Shown: one piece after another, positions 23,911 to 38,100 of the stretch
Layout: each line of letters opens with the position of its first letter
Numbering within the stretch: position 1 is the first letter of the stretch
From: Raillietiella orientalis
Lineage: Eukaryota
DNA: 64,000 nucleotides
Assembly (NCBI GenBank): GCA_036172245.1
Contig: JAYWIR010000016.1
Location: 372,001 to 436,000 of the forward strand
Direction: 5' to 3'
Position numbers and translations under genes: made by a program
The notes under the pieces: model-generated
The model's input: the letters and a program-made list of their open reading frames with translations, nothing else
The model's database searches: none
Told to the model about the DNA's origin: nothing

Positions 23911-24399
23911 TCTTTCGTCTGGAAGGCGTCCCCCTTCCCTCGCCATCCTCCACGCAGGGCAGCGAGCTGAGGCGCTCGGCTGGTCGGTCGTCGAAGGCCC
24001 GCCATCTCCGGAAAGAGTTCTCGAATCCCCCCTCCGGCGGACTTCTGCGCGCGGTTCTCGACGCCAGACGCTCGCGCGCTCTGTAGTAGCATTCTGTGGA
24101 TGGGGTGGGGGGGTAAGGTGGAGGTATTTGAACGAGGAGCCATTCTACTGGGAAGAGGTGGGGTGGTCCGTCGGGCTGCTGCTGCGCGACCTTCCGCCAC
24201 TCGCGGAGGAGTCCCTCGGACCGTTGGGATCCGCAGGAACGAAAGGGACTCGGGACGCATATGCGCGCGCCGGAAAGGTGGGAAGCTCGTGCGAGCCTTC
24301 GCATATGGTCACGGTGGTCCAGCCGCATCTCTTACTGGTGCCCTTAATATCAAAGGGCCGACAAGCTGCCGGCCGCTCTTCTTCCTCCCCCTCTCCTCC

Positions 24400-25700
24400 A
24401 TGAAAGAGCAAAGCCCACTTCCCTGCAGTTGCCTCGGAGACGAGGAAAACTTGCTTTAACCGCTCGTCCATCTACATGAAAAAGCATTGCCCATCGCCCT
24501 GTGTGGTGTCAGTGGGCGTGAGGAGTCACTGCGCGTCGCTCCCGAATGCTGGGCGGCTTCGGGCTGCTGTGTTCGCGGTTGCTTGGCAGCTGGTCGTCAT
24601 CGCGCGCTCGCGGACTCGCGGCCGCCCTCGGATTGCGTGACGCTCGTGGGTGCTCTCGTGGAGCACACGAAGGAGGGCGCTGCGTTCATGGACGCTCCCC
24701 TACCGGGCGATGCCGTCTCCGGGGCCGCGTTGGCAAGTCATCGCCACCTGTCGACGGTCATCTTCCCTGAGAGCGCAGGGAAGGTTCCGGGTTTCGTCGG
24801 GATGGTTCCCAAGGGACGGCTGTCGCCGCCTCCGAGCTCGACACTCTTCGATGGAGGAATGCGCTCTCCCTCTCGAGGGTCTCCCTTTCTTCCTAAGCAG
24901 AGAGAGGGGAAGCGCCTGGAGGCACTGCGGCGTGGATCTCCGCATCTTGCCACGCCGCCAGCTCCCTGTCTTTGGGGACCGGGCGTGCTGAAGAAGATCG
25001 TGGGGAGTGGCTCCGGGAAGAGCCCACGTCCGCCTTCCCCTCGCTCCGCCGCGCGAACTTCCCGCCAGGAGTGAGCGCGGCAGTCGGGTGGCGGCTCCGC
25101 AACTCCGTCTGCCTCTCCCGCTTCGAACCTCCTGCGTGCATCTCGCTCTTCCAGTCCCTCCTCGGCGTCCCCAGAGACCCTCGTCGTGCCCTCTGTCCCG
25201 CGCAGGCAGCCGTCGAAGCCTGAGTCAGCTCGGGGCACCTTTCTTTGGCAGGTTTCCCCTCCGCGCACGGTGATGGACGGGTCGGACTGTCCGCCGAGAC
25301 TCTACGTAGGTCGTGTACCCGTCCGCTTCCTCTCTGTCTTCGCCCTTCGCTCTGCGCGGCAAAAGGGGCAGGGCGAAGGCAGTGGAGTAGTTGACCTCAC
25401 TTCCCCCTGTAATAGAGCAGCTTGCTGAATAGCGCTCGGTCACCTCGCCATCCGGGCACGCGCCCTTCCCCCGCTCTTTCCCGGATAGACCTGCGGGATG
25501 CTCCGGAGGATGTGACTTGTCCGCAGCCTCTTGAGTTATGCCGCCGCGGGTGTTGGTGGAGGACCGCCGACCTCACCAGGACACTGCTCCTCCTCGAAGG
25601 AAGCTCGGGGGGTCTTCTGCACATGAAAAGCCCTCGCGTGGACTCACGGGAGAAGGCGTGGAGCTGAGCGCGCCGTCGCACTTGTGAAGGGCCATCTCGC
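24400..25700 (-). mobile_element. Decayed LINE 5' fragment (ORF1 and start of APE)
   Basis: ESTRGLF resembles NERGIW/NQGTW in other ORF1 relics; TIFFST...GGVA resembles the APE N-terminus. Confidence 0.35.
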
Positions 25701-25809
25701 CAGTTTGACGGTCTTGGTGACTGTCCAGTCTAATCCAGGTGTCTCCCTTAAGGGAAATGGATGATGGGAATCCTTTCGGGTTCTTCTGTGTCTCTGCTTT
25801 CCTTTCCAG

Positions 25810-27812
25810 TTTGTTTGTTTTTTTTCTTTTAGGTTTCTTTTATTTTTGGTTCGCCCACTGCTGAAGAACCGTGCGTCTCTTTAGAGGAAGGGGGGAGGAG
25901 GATCATGAAGCTCTTTGACATAGTCCACGCCACCTGTGGGTCTGTGTAACTCTTCAATTTATGAGTAGTCCCGGAGGAACCACCCTGTGGATCCAAGAAG
26001 ACTTCGGAGGAAATAGTTCCTTCCTCTTAAGCTTGGTAGTTTTATCACCCGGTCACGCCGGGGCGTTTATTATAAAAAATAATAAACATACGTGTGTAGG
26101 GCCATCGGCCCTACATCGTCCGAAAATGTTCGAAACCTACCGAGTAACCGGCAAGCAGGCCGGCTGGGTTCGCATCGGCAGCGGAGGGGAAGGGGGCAAA
26201 CAAAAATAAAACTAAAACAAAACAAAACTCTGGGGGCACGGGAAGGGATCGCTGTCCTCTGGAGGATGCTGGCAAGTTTTATCCGAGTATGCTCCAGGTG
26301 GAATCATTTTGCTGCCGTCCACATGAAGCGCAGGACGAAGCGGATTGCGTTCCTATTGCGCCATCCTCCTCTCGCGTAGTTCCAGGCCTCTGGCAGAATC
26401 TCGCGGGCAAAGAGCAGCAAAGAGCTGCTGGGGATGCAGCAGGCGAAAGGGCATCGCGCACGAAGAGGCGCTTTATCACGTCCTTGAGATTGTCCATCGG
26501 TGCCACAAGGGCCGTTGCCTAACGCCACCATAGGGGCCGGAGGGCAACACAAGCTACGGGCAGGTGCGGAAGGATTTCCTTTCCCCGCATTTGCAACAGT
26601 TGGGGTTCACAGCCCACCGGGTCCGGTGAGACCGGAGGGCGTCGCACAGGAGACCCCAGCGCAACAGCAGAAGTGCCGACTCCTACCACTTCATGGAGAG
26701 GGTCCGGTTGTTCTACAGCGCTAAGGACCACTCGAGGTCCTGTGGGATTTCCAGCAGCTCACCCCAGCCCAATAGCTCTTTCGATGGGACTCTAGGGGTC
26801 GCAGCGTCCGTGAGTTGGCCCGTGGTCCAACCACCTAATTCCTTCGCTCTTCCACCAATCTCACCTCGGACCTCCCTTCTGGTCGGCTGTCACTGCCCAG
26901 ATGCTCCCTGAGGGAGAGCAGTGCCGCTGCCAGGGAGGCCCTTTCTGCCCAAGCACGAGAGACGGGCTGCACGATGACGTCCTGCAGCGAGCGGTTGTTG
27001 TAGAAGGAGTGCAGCAGTCGCTGCCGCATCTCCGGGATCGCTTCGCCCTTCTGCGTCCATGTGAGAACGGTTTCCTGAAACCAGGCGATACTGTTCGTCG
27101 GCCGGCAGGAGATCCAAGTGTTGGTCATGGTCAGCTTGGCCACCCGCCGGAGTCCCAGTTCGCAGCTTGACACGTTGCGCCTGCACTGCCGTACCAGGAA
27201 CGGAGGCAGTCTTGCGTAGCCTGTGGCCCACTTGACCAGATATCGTGCGGGCTCGCACCAGTTCGTGCTCCAAAGCTTCGCCACTAGGGCCGGCGTCCTC
27301 CACTGAAGCAGCAGCTCCAGTGGAGGAAGATTGTTAGGGGAACCCCGAAGGGAACTCCTGGAGGGGTCCGCTCCATTTTTCTTCTTCGGAGGGAACCCGC
27401 AAGGGAGCCGCTCCCTGTTTCTTCCTCTGAAGGGAACACCGAAGGGCAGATTTCGCTTTCTCTGGAGGGCTGCTTCCCGAAAGGAGCGGCGCACTTCTTA
27501 GCACTCTGGAGAGCAACTCGCCGATGGGGGATGGGGATGTCAACGGATCCATTTGCACAACCAAAGGGGAATCCCGGAAGGTTGAATTTCGTTCCCAGCC
27601 GGTCAGCAGGGACATCCTGGGGTATCCGGCTGATTCCACCAGTGCTGTCGCACCCGAATAGACCAACTAGCTTCATCTTCAAGGAGAGGGACTGAAACCC
27701 CACGACACCCCGATTTCTCTGGTGTCCATCCTTCCTTCCCCGGGCAGGATTCGAACCCGCGATGCTCGGTGTGCCACGCACGGAGAGCGCATGGCCGCCA
27801 ACGCGGTCCTCC
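25810..27812 (-). mobile_element. Long tRNA-headed SINE, copy B (head ~27812, A-rich tail ~25810-25850), split by a LINE insertion at 26040-27326
   Basis: T-arm gcgggttcgaatcctgc at ~27744-27760; the two halves rejoin to match the uninterrupted copy at ~35805-35840. Confidence 0.8.
26040..27326 (-). mobile_element. 5'-truncated Tx1/L1-like LINE with degenerate 11-bp target-site duplication
   Basis: 3' end aataaacgccccggcgtgaccgggtgataaa; ORF2 remnant TNTWISCRPTN; TSD aagcttggtag (26029-26039) / aagattgttag (27327-27337). Confidence 0.8.
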
Positions 27813-29439
27813 AAGAACCTGCGCAGTTTCTGCATCTCTGCGTCTGTCCTCTGAGGGATCGCTGGTCCTGAATTCTCAAGAGTTGGGAGAAGACAAAGCG
27901 TCCTCTTGTGCTGGTTCGCTGTCCCGGAAACCAGGACGCTTCCGGGACAAGGAGCCTCCCCAGGATTCGGAAGGTACCTTCTAAAGACTCATCCCATGAC
28001 CGCCATTCACCAACTTCCTTCGATCACAAGCTCTCAACATGAGGACTCCGGAGGACGTAGGGGAGAAGGAGGAGAGCTTCTCTCTTGCTGCGAAATTTCC
28101 TAAACTGGATCCGTCCAGCACGCGTTCCCGGTCGAGTATGCAAACTTTTCTTCATGAGAGTCGACGTTCCACGGGCTCTAGTCTCAGAAACTCCCTCTCA
28201 GAGGAACTCATGGACTCAAGGGAAGCTCGACGGCTCTCGACTACGTCCTCGTGCGCATCCGGAGAGACCGGACACGGAGTGCTGGATGAGACACCTCGGC
28301 TGTCGGAAGAGAACGAGGGAGACAACTCGGACGAGAAAGAGAGGGAAGGAGGCCTTGGCAAGGGCTCTCTTGCTAAAGGACGGAGAAGCACTGCTGCAAG
28401 GGCACCAGCAAGTGAGTGTGCCAAAGAAACGGGAGGAAAAGGACGAAGCTGGGGGCAGAGAAGGGATGCCAAGGGATCTGCCACGGAGGTGGAGCAGAAG
28501 GGATAGATGCCAAAGAAACCGAAAGACTCAAGCAGGAAGCTCCTTCTCCTCTTATCAAACTAGGGGGAGAAGGATCGACTCGTAGGGAAGTGAGGGGAGC
28601 AGGGATAGGCATTTGCAGGAAGAGAAACGCCACCTGATTTTGTTTGGCACCTCGGGGAGCGATACTCAGGAGTCCGTCGGGCTGGCCAGCAGGCACTCAG
28701 GGCAACTTGCATCCACTCTTCCACAAGATCTCCTCCCCCTCCTAGACCCCGGGACGGGAACACGAAGGCCAAGAGTATGCGCAACGGCTTCTGAGGGCTC
28801 CGAGTGGCGTTCTGATGGGGAAGGAAGTGAAGTGGTTTGGAGAGCTCCGGGAATCGTTCCCTGCCCGCTGTTCCGACTGGGCGGAGCAAAGGAGGAGGAG
28901 GAAAAAGAGAAGAAGGAAGGGAGTAAAGGAGCAGAGGGAGGAAGAGGAGTAGTAGTAGAAGGAAGAAGAGAAACAGGCTGAGGAACGGAAATTGAATATG
29001 CAGCAAAAGCATGCTGAATCCAGCAAACAGGAACTCGTTGCTTTTCCTCCTTTTCGCTCACTATAGTTAACTCTGCGCATCATTCCAGAGCAGCAAATAG
29101 TGCTCTAAGGAAATGGGGGATGGAACGCCAGCTAAGATCATCCCCCTTTTTCACGACCAGGGGTAGAGGACGGCTGCTTCGATCGATGGGCCTTTCCAGA
29201 GAAGGGAATTTGGAGTAAGCAGCCGCTGAACGCTCCTGGCAGGAGAGGAGAAATGATTTTTTCCATTCGTTTTTCCAAGGCCTTTATTATAAAAAAAAAA
29301 ATGACAAATATACATCTATGTGGTAGAGCACTTGATTCTACCACGTACTTGAAAAAAAAAGGCTACGCGGGAAGAAGGAGACCTTCCTGCACCTGCCTCT
29401 AGACTGTGCTGCCCTCCGACCCCCTTGGGATCGCCTAGA

Positions 29440-30320
29440 GATCACCCTCGTAATCTAGACGGACGTCCCCAGGGACATTTTCAGACCCACGCCTCTTCGC
29501 GTGTGCCGCACGATTTTTAGGTACGCAGACCGACGAGGACTGCTTCGGCAGCGTGGGGAAGGGGAAAACAAAAACAAAAATTAATAAACACACGAAACAG
29601 GGGAGGGGAAATTTTACAAGGTCTATCCTTCCTTCAGGGATCCTAGGGGGGATAGAGAAAGGGATCATTGCTCGCTGCAAGGCGTCCTTTACATCCTGGT
29701 CAGGCTTCTGACAAGTTTTGTCGCGTCTCCCCCAGGTGGGACCGTCTGGAGGCGATCCTCAGGAAGATCCACACACAGTGGATGGCATCTCTGCCATTTT
29801 GACCTCTTCTCATGGCATCCCAGACCGCCGTCATGATCCCTCGAGGATAGAAGGAATCTGCGAGGAAAGCGGCCGGTTGCGGCAGTGCGGCATTTGCGAA
29901 GAGGCGGCACTGAGCGTCCACGCTCTCCTCCCGTGTCCAGTGGTAAAAGGCGTGCCTTGCACAGGATTCCCTCATGCAACATCAGCAGCGGCAACTCCTG
30001 TCACTTTGAGGTGGGCAGATACCGCTGTTCAATCATGCTGGGGGGCGCTCCACGTACTCCGGTGGAATTGCGAGCAGTTCGCCCTAGTGCAGAAGTCTTT
30101 GGGGTGGGACACTCGAGGAAGCATGGGACAGGAGAAGTTTCGTGGAGGATTTCGCCTTCAGCACCAGGAGTTGCTCGGGATAGTGTGGTTCTTCAGAGCC
30201 AAGCTTCCTCTTTGTGGAGCTCCTGCCACGCTTGTATCCCGGAGGGAAGGAGCCGCGGTGTGCGGACGCTGTTCTGGGACTCAGGACTCCACGCTTGGCC
30301 TCCCCCGCTCCTCCTGATCT
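29440..30320 (-). mobile_element. 5'-truncated LINE of the same family
   Basis: The 3' UTR tract (ggggaaggggaaaacaaaaac... on +) and ORF2 C-terminal remnant resemble the 26040 and 32193 copies. Confidence 0.65.
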
Positions 30321-32192
30321 TTCAGCACGAAGCAAAAGAAGTGTCCCGCGCGGCTGTCCCCCCTCCCCTCCTCCCCATGCTGCTTCCCCGAGGAAAAGCC
30401 CAGATGCGGTGCTACCAGCACGAGGAAGGGAACGGGAAGCACACCGCCCTTCCGACCCCTGGCCCTGCCCTGCCCTCTCGGGTGTCCGGCAGGGAGGAGG
30501 GACTGACTGGCGCCTCCACTGAGCGCCGCAATTCGGGGAATTAAAATCCATGAGGCAAAAGGAGGGTTCCTGCCCCACCCCCCGCGCCCACCTGCCTCAT
30601 GAGGGAAGCGCGCTCAAGAAGCACCCTCGCTCCCGCCCTTTGGAGGCGGACTTCTCCACCCTCCTCCCAAGACATGCCGGGAGAAGAGAGTCATCCTCTC
30701 CCAGCGAGCTCCTTCCGGACTCGGGAGACCGGGGTGGATGCTTTCGCGCCTCCCGGAAGAGGCAGCTCTCTCCCTAAGCCGGGAGCGAGAGCGGACCTTC
30801 TCTAAGCGAGAGGATTTTCTCTATCCTGCTGCCGACTTCCGGAGAGTTGGGGAGCTCTCGAGGAGGCGTCCCGGCTCGGCTGGCGAGGATCGATCGACCA
30901 CATGCTTTTTCCGATCCTCGTGGATCCATTATGCAGACCCTTCCCCTGCGCGGTCCATGCACGTGATGGGTCGCTGGTGTCCCAGGAGACAGAAGGGAAC
31001 TGCGCCGTCCCTCGCAGCTTCTCCAGAGTCGCCCTGATAAAACCAGAGGACTAGGCGCGCTTTCCACCTCTCGTGTTCCTACGCGCTTTCTTGTCCCTCC
31101 CCTCCTCCCCTCCCCCGACGCCCCGACCGAATCACGTGATCCCTCTTTGCCCGCTCATTCGCTCATAGGTCACGAGCGGCGCGTCCTGAGGGAACGTCTC
31201 TACCATGGTCCTCGCAAGCTTCCCCTGAGCGGCCCCTCTCTCGGGAGGCGACCTCCTCACGGGAGGGAAGAAGGCGCAGCTGCTCAAGAGCGGTGTTCCC
31301 ACGGCAGCAGGAAGACTTCACAGCGGCATCACCTCGCTAGTTCGGGAGCAACCTGTGGGAACCTCCGCGGCGACTCAGCTCGCTCTTCCGGGATCTTCCA
31401 GCTCGCCTGGTCCTTTGCCGCACCCTTGCGGAATCCGCCTCGGCTCGAACGTCGCTTTGGGGTGGCGTCCGGACCGCGGGACCGTCTGGCCCCCATCGCA
31501 GAGCTCATACCGATCTCTCGGTCCCCGCGCAAGCGCGCTCGCGCACGCAAAAGAAAGAAATAAATAAAATGAAAATAAAAGTGAAAGGAAGAGAGACGGA
31601 TGCTGAGCGGATCGTAGCGAGAAGTTTCGTGCATCTGCCGAGGGCAAAAGTTCGACGTGACGGGGAGATACTCATCGTGTAGACTGCTGTCGCCTCTCAT
31701 CAACGGCTTCATTTCTCAGAAGATAATACCTTAAGCTCCAGATTTATTCCGCCTGTATACTGACGTCAAGGAATGCAGCCGCCTCCTTTGTCTGGTTCTT
31801 CGTCCGTTCCCGTTCTTCCTTCCCTGGAGATCGGATCTTTCGTTCGAAACGTGGAGCGTAATCGCTAGTGACGTCAGCTGGGAGTGACTCGCTGCTGGCA
31901 CCTCAGCGACCTCCCAGTTTTCGACCCCCAGTCCGGAGATCTCGGTTACGACCAAGAGGCATCCCTGGAGAAGCTCTCACGAGGGCTTCTCCAGGGATGA
32001 GGAAAGACCTTCTTTCTTCCCAACCTGTCCCCAGAAAAGGCTCTGGGATCCGTGAACCTTCCAGTGCCTCCTCCTCCTCCTCTTGCACGTCCCGTCAGCG
32101 TCCCACGTGCGACCACCGCCGCAACGCTTCCGTCGATGGCATGCAGACGCGGGATGGAGGGCGTCTCCTCCGTTCCTGGAAACTGAGGGTCG

Positions 32193-35100
32193 TTTGTCAC
32201 CCGGTTGCGCCGGGACGTTTATTTTAAATCCTCTGGGAACTGTGTTCCCAGGAAAGGGGAACAGAAGATGGGGAGGAGGGTTCCCGGCACTCAGGCCGAG
32301 CACACTGAGAGTTCGGAACGGGTGGGAGGGGACAATAAATAAATAAATAGGGTGGGAGGGCGGGGATACGGGTATGCAGTCCGTTCCTAATCTCAGAACT
32401 GGCGGTGAATGCCGGCAATCTCCGTCCTCACTTCTCCGTCCTCCGTCCTCACCTCCGGCAATCTCCTCGCTTCAAGTTGTGGCCACCCGGCAGCCAGTTG
32501 CAGATTGCAGGCTGCACTGTCGGGGACCGATGTTGGGACCGCTCGCATCTGCAATACGTGGCGGGCCCTGACAGTGGCGCGGACGCAGCAAATGATTGCG
32601 ACGACCGCTATAAGAGAAAGACCGCCACGCGTGAAGAAGCGGCGCATCCAATCCACTGTGGGGTGCAGGAGCGCTGAAGACAGCCGCCGCCACAGCTCCT
32701 GGAGGGCACCGCATTCAAATAGCAAATGCGGAAGCGATTCAACCGTTCCGCATGTTGCACAGTTCAGGGACACAACTCCCCCGGAAACCAGGTGCGCGCG
32801 CTGGTTGCAGCACAGACCCCAATGCACCAGCAGAAAAGCGTCCTGTTTCCACCGAAGTGGGAAGAGAGTCGCGTCCAAGCACGGAGAAGGTGTTCCCTTC
32901 TCCGTGCTTGGACGCGGGAGGGGCATTCCGAGGACTCGCTCCACCGGAGAAGCCCCTTGACACGAAGGCGAGGGGTGGCAGCGTCTGGCAGCTCGCAAGT
33001 TCTCAGGCCGCCCAGAAGTCAAGTTTCGCCTGCGATAGCGCAAGCGACCTCCCACCTCGCCGGTAGGTCACTGTCGTCTCGCACCATCAGGGCAGACAAT
33101 GCTTCGGCGAGTGGCGTAGCGGCTAGGCGTGTCCACTGGTCCTGGTCTTCCAGCACCTCCCCCACTGGACAGTATGAGGAAGGGTTCACGCAACGGAGTT
33201 CCAAACGGGACACATCCTGTTGCGCTGCCCAGGACGATAAGGCTTCCTGCCTCCAGGCGTTGAGGTTCGTTGGCCGGCAGGAGATCCACGAATGCGTTCC
33301 CAGAAGCAAGAGGAGCTGCTTTAGAGGGAAGCCGAATCCTCTCAAGACGCGCTGCGTGCGCAGGTGGAACGAACGCAGTCCGTCGCCACCCGTGCAGTGC
33401 CGCAGCAGCAGCCGCGCTGGAGCACACCAGGGAGTGATCCAAAGCTGGGCGCATGCGGAACTGCACTAGCAGTCCGATCCGCTCCAGAGTCAGATGCCCA
33501 TCCCGGCATCCCGCCGAGGAACCGCCAAGTCCTTGAGGCGGATCCTGGACCTCGCCGACCCCCACAAGGCGTTTCGCAACAGACGTTGCGCCCGGCGCTG
33601 AGCCGAGTAGGGAGGGGGACAAACAAAAAAGAGGGAAGAGAGGCTCGTCGAGTCGGCGGGAGGCCACGGAACGAAACGCCCCCGAAGGGGCCGATGTTCC
33701 TCCGGAGATTCGGCGTTCTGAAAACAGACACCGTCCGGCGCGGGCTGAGTCGGGGATAAAGGGCCCGGAAGAAATCCGCCCTTCCTCGGAGCTTCCCCTC
33801 CCCTCCGCTCCGGCTGCTTCTTCCCTGCCGGCATGAGAATCCGGCGCCTGGTTGCGGGCGGCCAATACCTGCAGTCATCCCTCGGGTGCTGACCCGCGCT
33901 CTCCGGGCAGGAAGATGGTGCGAACCTCGGGCTGGAGCGCGGAGGACCGGGGACCGCTCGGCCACTCTCCCAGGCGTCCTTCTCCTTCCCCGCTGCCACC
34001 TGCAGGAAACCCTACGGGCCCTCTCCTGCGCCGGCTTCGGAAAGTCCGCTGCTTCCGTGTGGTCCGCGGAAGGCAGCCACGCAGCGGGGCTGACGGAATC
34101 TCCCGCCCTCGCTCTCTAAGCGACTCCCTCTTTCTCGAGCGTCCCTCAACCCGGAAAGGCAACCTCCCCGCTTCCTGAACGCGCACCTGGCGCGCCGCGC
34201 TCTGGACGCAGCCGAACGCCCGGCTGCCAGGGCCGCTCGCAGAAGGGGGGCGCGGTTTCGGGAGCGGGAGTCACGGGAAAGCAGACTCAACCTTTCTCCC
34301 TGCGAGTTCACAGCTTCCTTCAGATGCCCCTCCGTATCCATGGAGGCGAAGCGGCAAATTTTTTCCGGACTTTTCGAATCCGGGAAGAGCCAGGACGATC
34401 TCCCCTGGAATGAGCCCTTGAGAGGAGCGCGGCTGGTCTCCATCCTGGAAGAATATCCCTGGATCTCCCGAAAACTGCAACACCTGGCAGGGGAGGCAAT
34501 GGACATCTGGATCTGAAGGGTCATTGCCAATGCGAAACTATTCCCTCTCGTGTACTGCCTTGGCAAGGTCTCCCTGCAGGAAAAGGTCACGCAAGATAGG
34601 AGAACCTATCCCTGGCCATCTTTACTCCCTTAGCTCTGTCCTCTCTTGGGAGAAAAACGATGGTAGGCAGCCTGAGGGGTGGGGTTTCTTGTGCTTCACA
34701 TTGCAGAGACCAACCTCCAAGGTCAGCATGCTATTTGGATGCGGACGCGCAACTAGTGTCTTATAGTGTCCTCACCCACGGACTGCGCAGCTGGAAAGAG
34801 ACCTCAGGACTTTAACATAAAAGCTGTGAAGATGCATTACGCAAACGGTTTCGTGCCCTCCCTCCTTCCCTCGGTTGACAGCACACAAAGGTGTTCCTTT
34901 TGCACTAGGTAGTCTCAGGTAGTCGTCCATCACACAAGCTCCTCATGCATTGAGTTCTGGCACATCCCTGTAGGAGGAGGGCGAGAACGAAAGCGCATCC
35001 TCGAAGTGTGCCGGACGTCGGCAAACGGAATCGACTGTTGTAGGCTGTCACGAGAGTCGTCCGGGATGCGGGAATTTGGCTGCGATAATCCGCCACCCGA

Positions 35101-38100
35101 CTGAAGATTCCAGGAGTCTTTTCAGTGAATTCTTCATTTAGGAAGAACTCGCTGCTGCTACAGCAACTGCAACCACAGGTTAGCATGCGCGAGATGGTGA
35201 AGCCATGTCTGGCAGAGGAGCAGAACACGCAACAGAGTGAAGCCATCTCCGTCTCAGAATCCATGCTTCAGGAGCAAAGAGGAAGTCCTAACTGAATGAG
35301 CCAGTAAGGGAGAACTTCACCTGCACTCTGATGCAGCAGTTGGAGCGTCACAACCGATGATCCTCACTCTTCCTTCTACAACTTGTCTTTTTCACTTGCA
35401 GCTTGCAAATGTGGGACACACCCACGGACGACTTGTGCATAGACATTTCCCTCACGACTGCATCATTGAGAGCGCGGTCCCCATCCTTGTACGTTCCATT
35501 TTGAACGTTTATTCTCACTGGAAGGTCAGTGACCAGGAAAGAGTGAGCGAGCAGCTTAATCGCTGGGTTTCAGAAAGAGACTTCGAGGGAGAGCGGTGTT
35601 CGAGACAACCTCATGCGACGGTTGGTTTCTTCCTTGCTGTGCTCTTGCAGTTCTTCAGCTGGAGGTTCGAAGTTCCTGGAGGACACTGCTCCCTGCATGA
35701 CTGAGATGGAGCATCGGAACCTTGACGCCGCTTTGAGCAAGACCGCAGTCGCCTCCTCTCTCGTTCTCTTTTTCTTGCCCACCTCCTCTTAGAAGTCGTT
35801 TCCGCCTCTTACGCTTGGCAGGGAACCCCGAAGGGAACCTATTCCTCCTCCCTCCCTCCAGGGGAACTCCCGGAAGGGAGTCGCTCCTCCTCGCTTTTTC
35901 TCCGAAAGAAACTCGTAACGGATCCGCTCTTGGAATTTCTTCTCCGGAGGGAACCAGCAAGGGAACCTCTGAAGAGAATTCCGAAGGGGCGCTTCCGAAT
36001 TTCGCTGAAGGGTCGCTCACGGAAAGGATCAGTGCGCTTCTGACACTCTGAAGAGGCAACTCCCCGAAGAGGATATCAACCAGCTCCATGGCACTCGATA
36101 GAGGGTCCCTCCTTAGGGAAGGAACGGCTCCATTTTCACAACCGGAGGGGAACCATGAGGGCTCCTAGATTCCTGGAAGGACCCCGGAGGGTCAAATTGC
36201 AATCTAGCTGCTTCCACCGGTGCCGCACCCGAAGCCTACAGGCCAGACGGCGTCCTCCTGCATGAGGGCCTCGAAACCCATTTCTTGGCGTTGATCCTCC
36301 ACGTAGGGATCTCCCCACGTGGACGTGCCAAGTGTTGGGCTCTCCCAGAAAAAGACTTCAGCCGGATTCTCAATGGGGTCGTCAAAAGTCATGTGCGGCG
36401 TGCTGTTTTGTTCCGCCGCTCTCGCCTACGGTGGTCCTCCCGTTGATGCATGGCGCGTGCTGAAGTTCTGGTTCAGGACTGGGAAAACCGATAGCTCCTC
36501 TACTTCCGCTTCCTCTCGGCTGCGGAGGAGATGAGGCCGCTTTGGAAATGGCAGCGCCGTGTTGCTGGCGCCCAGAAAAACGAAGGGCTTATCGTCGAAA
36601 GGAAAAAAGACAAGCAACGTCCGAAATCAGCCTTCCCCCTGTAATTCCGGGTAGTCCGACGGCAGCTGCCGCTAAGCCAGAGCGCGTGCCACGAGCTCCC
36701 CTTTGGAGAAGGTCGGGAGAAGGAAGAAAGAAAATTCCCACGTGCTGGAGAATCTTGGGGAGGAAGTAGTCACAGGTGGTCTCCCGAAGCCTTCCTCATC
36801 TTGTGAAGGTACCTGCGAGCTCCTCTTCAAGTTTTCCATGGCAGGGCCATCTGGTCTTCCTCCTCAAAAAGTATGGATTCTTCTTCTCTGAGAAGGAAAC
36901 AAATGCGAAGAGTAGGTGCTTGTGTGGTGCAGTCCACTCCGCTTCTGGCGGGCTTTTTGGATCGGTGGACCACACTCCCATGAAGACCGATACACTTGAT
37001 GGCTCTCATCCGGCAATCTTTCAAAGATTTGCGATGAGTTTGGTTTCTCTCGATTCCTGCCCTATTTTGGCACGCCTCCGTCATCCTTTTCGTCCGATTC
37101 CCTCCTTACCTGCTGATGAATTCCTAAGAATCTTCGCCTGCCTTCGACGATGGAGAGTGCTTCGTCTCTGGCTGGAGTCGCTTCGAATCGCGACATGGGT
37201 TGTCTGTTGACAGTAGCATGTCAGTCTCTCCGGAGCTGTTTCTTGTCAACAGACAGCTTCCGGGATGGAGAGCGGGGAAACCAGCTGCGAAGAAGTTGCC
37301 GTCAGCGCTTCCGCTGACTGCTCGCAGAGTGCACATGCCACGTGGACTGTTCCGAACGTTCAGACTCCTGCTGTGGCTCTCGCGAGGATCAGGCTGCACC
37401 GCACCAGCCGAAGCTGCAAGAAGAGAGATGCACAGGGAAGCACAAGAATGAACGTGCGAAAACATCGAACTTTCTTCTTCCTTCCGAGGTTCATCGCAGG
37501 AAGCATCCGACGGCTTTGCCATCCCGTCCTTCTTCGGCGCCGTTTGGTGCCGTGACTGTGCCACGGAGCTAGAAGAGAGCTGCCGTCGCCGAGGCAGGAG
37601 GAGGTGCACGCTTCGCACGAAGAGGGCAGAGGCGTCATGCAGGCGTGCAGCCCCTCCCCACACGGGGGTGCGCGACAAACATGTGAGGGTCCAAGGGACA
37701 GCATCCAGTGCGCAGAAGCCACGTGCATTTTGGAGCAAACCATTCATATCAGGAGGCAACCAGAGCGCAGCCGTGGTCTCTGGATTTCGGACTTCCCCGG
37801 CTGTACCCCGCGAGTGCAGCCATGAGACGCGGTGCAGGGGTAAAGCAAGTGCCCGGGAATCATCACAAAGTAGTGCCAAAGGGACGTAGGTGAACAAATT
37901 CCGAGCATCCGTCGTTGCGAATAGCTTGGCTTGCTATGACATTCCAACCACGGCAGCTTCATCTTGAAGAAGGGAGAAAAAGAATCTCCTAACGAATAGA
38001 GAGCGCCCCGAAAGTTAGCAAAGATCTGAGCTTCCCTCGAATGCAATCACTGGTTACTCTTGTTCTGGAAGTCTCAGAACAGTGGAGCTTTTGATAAGGA

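Noticed and set aside
28039..28506. Ser/Glu-rich + strand ORF as an exon of a second gene
   Set aside because: No homology or splice support recognised; more likely the antisense strand of a decayed LINE linker region
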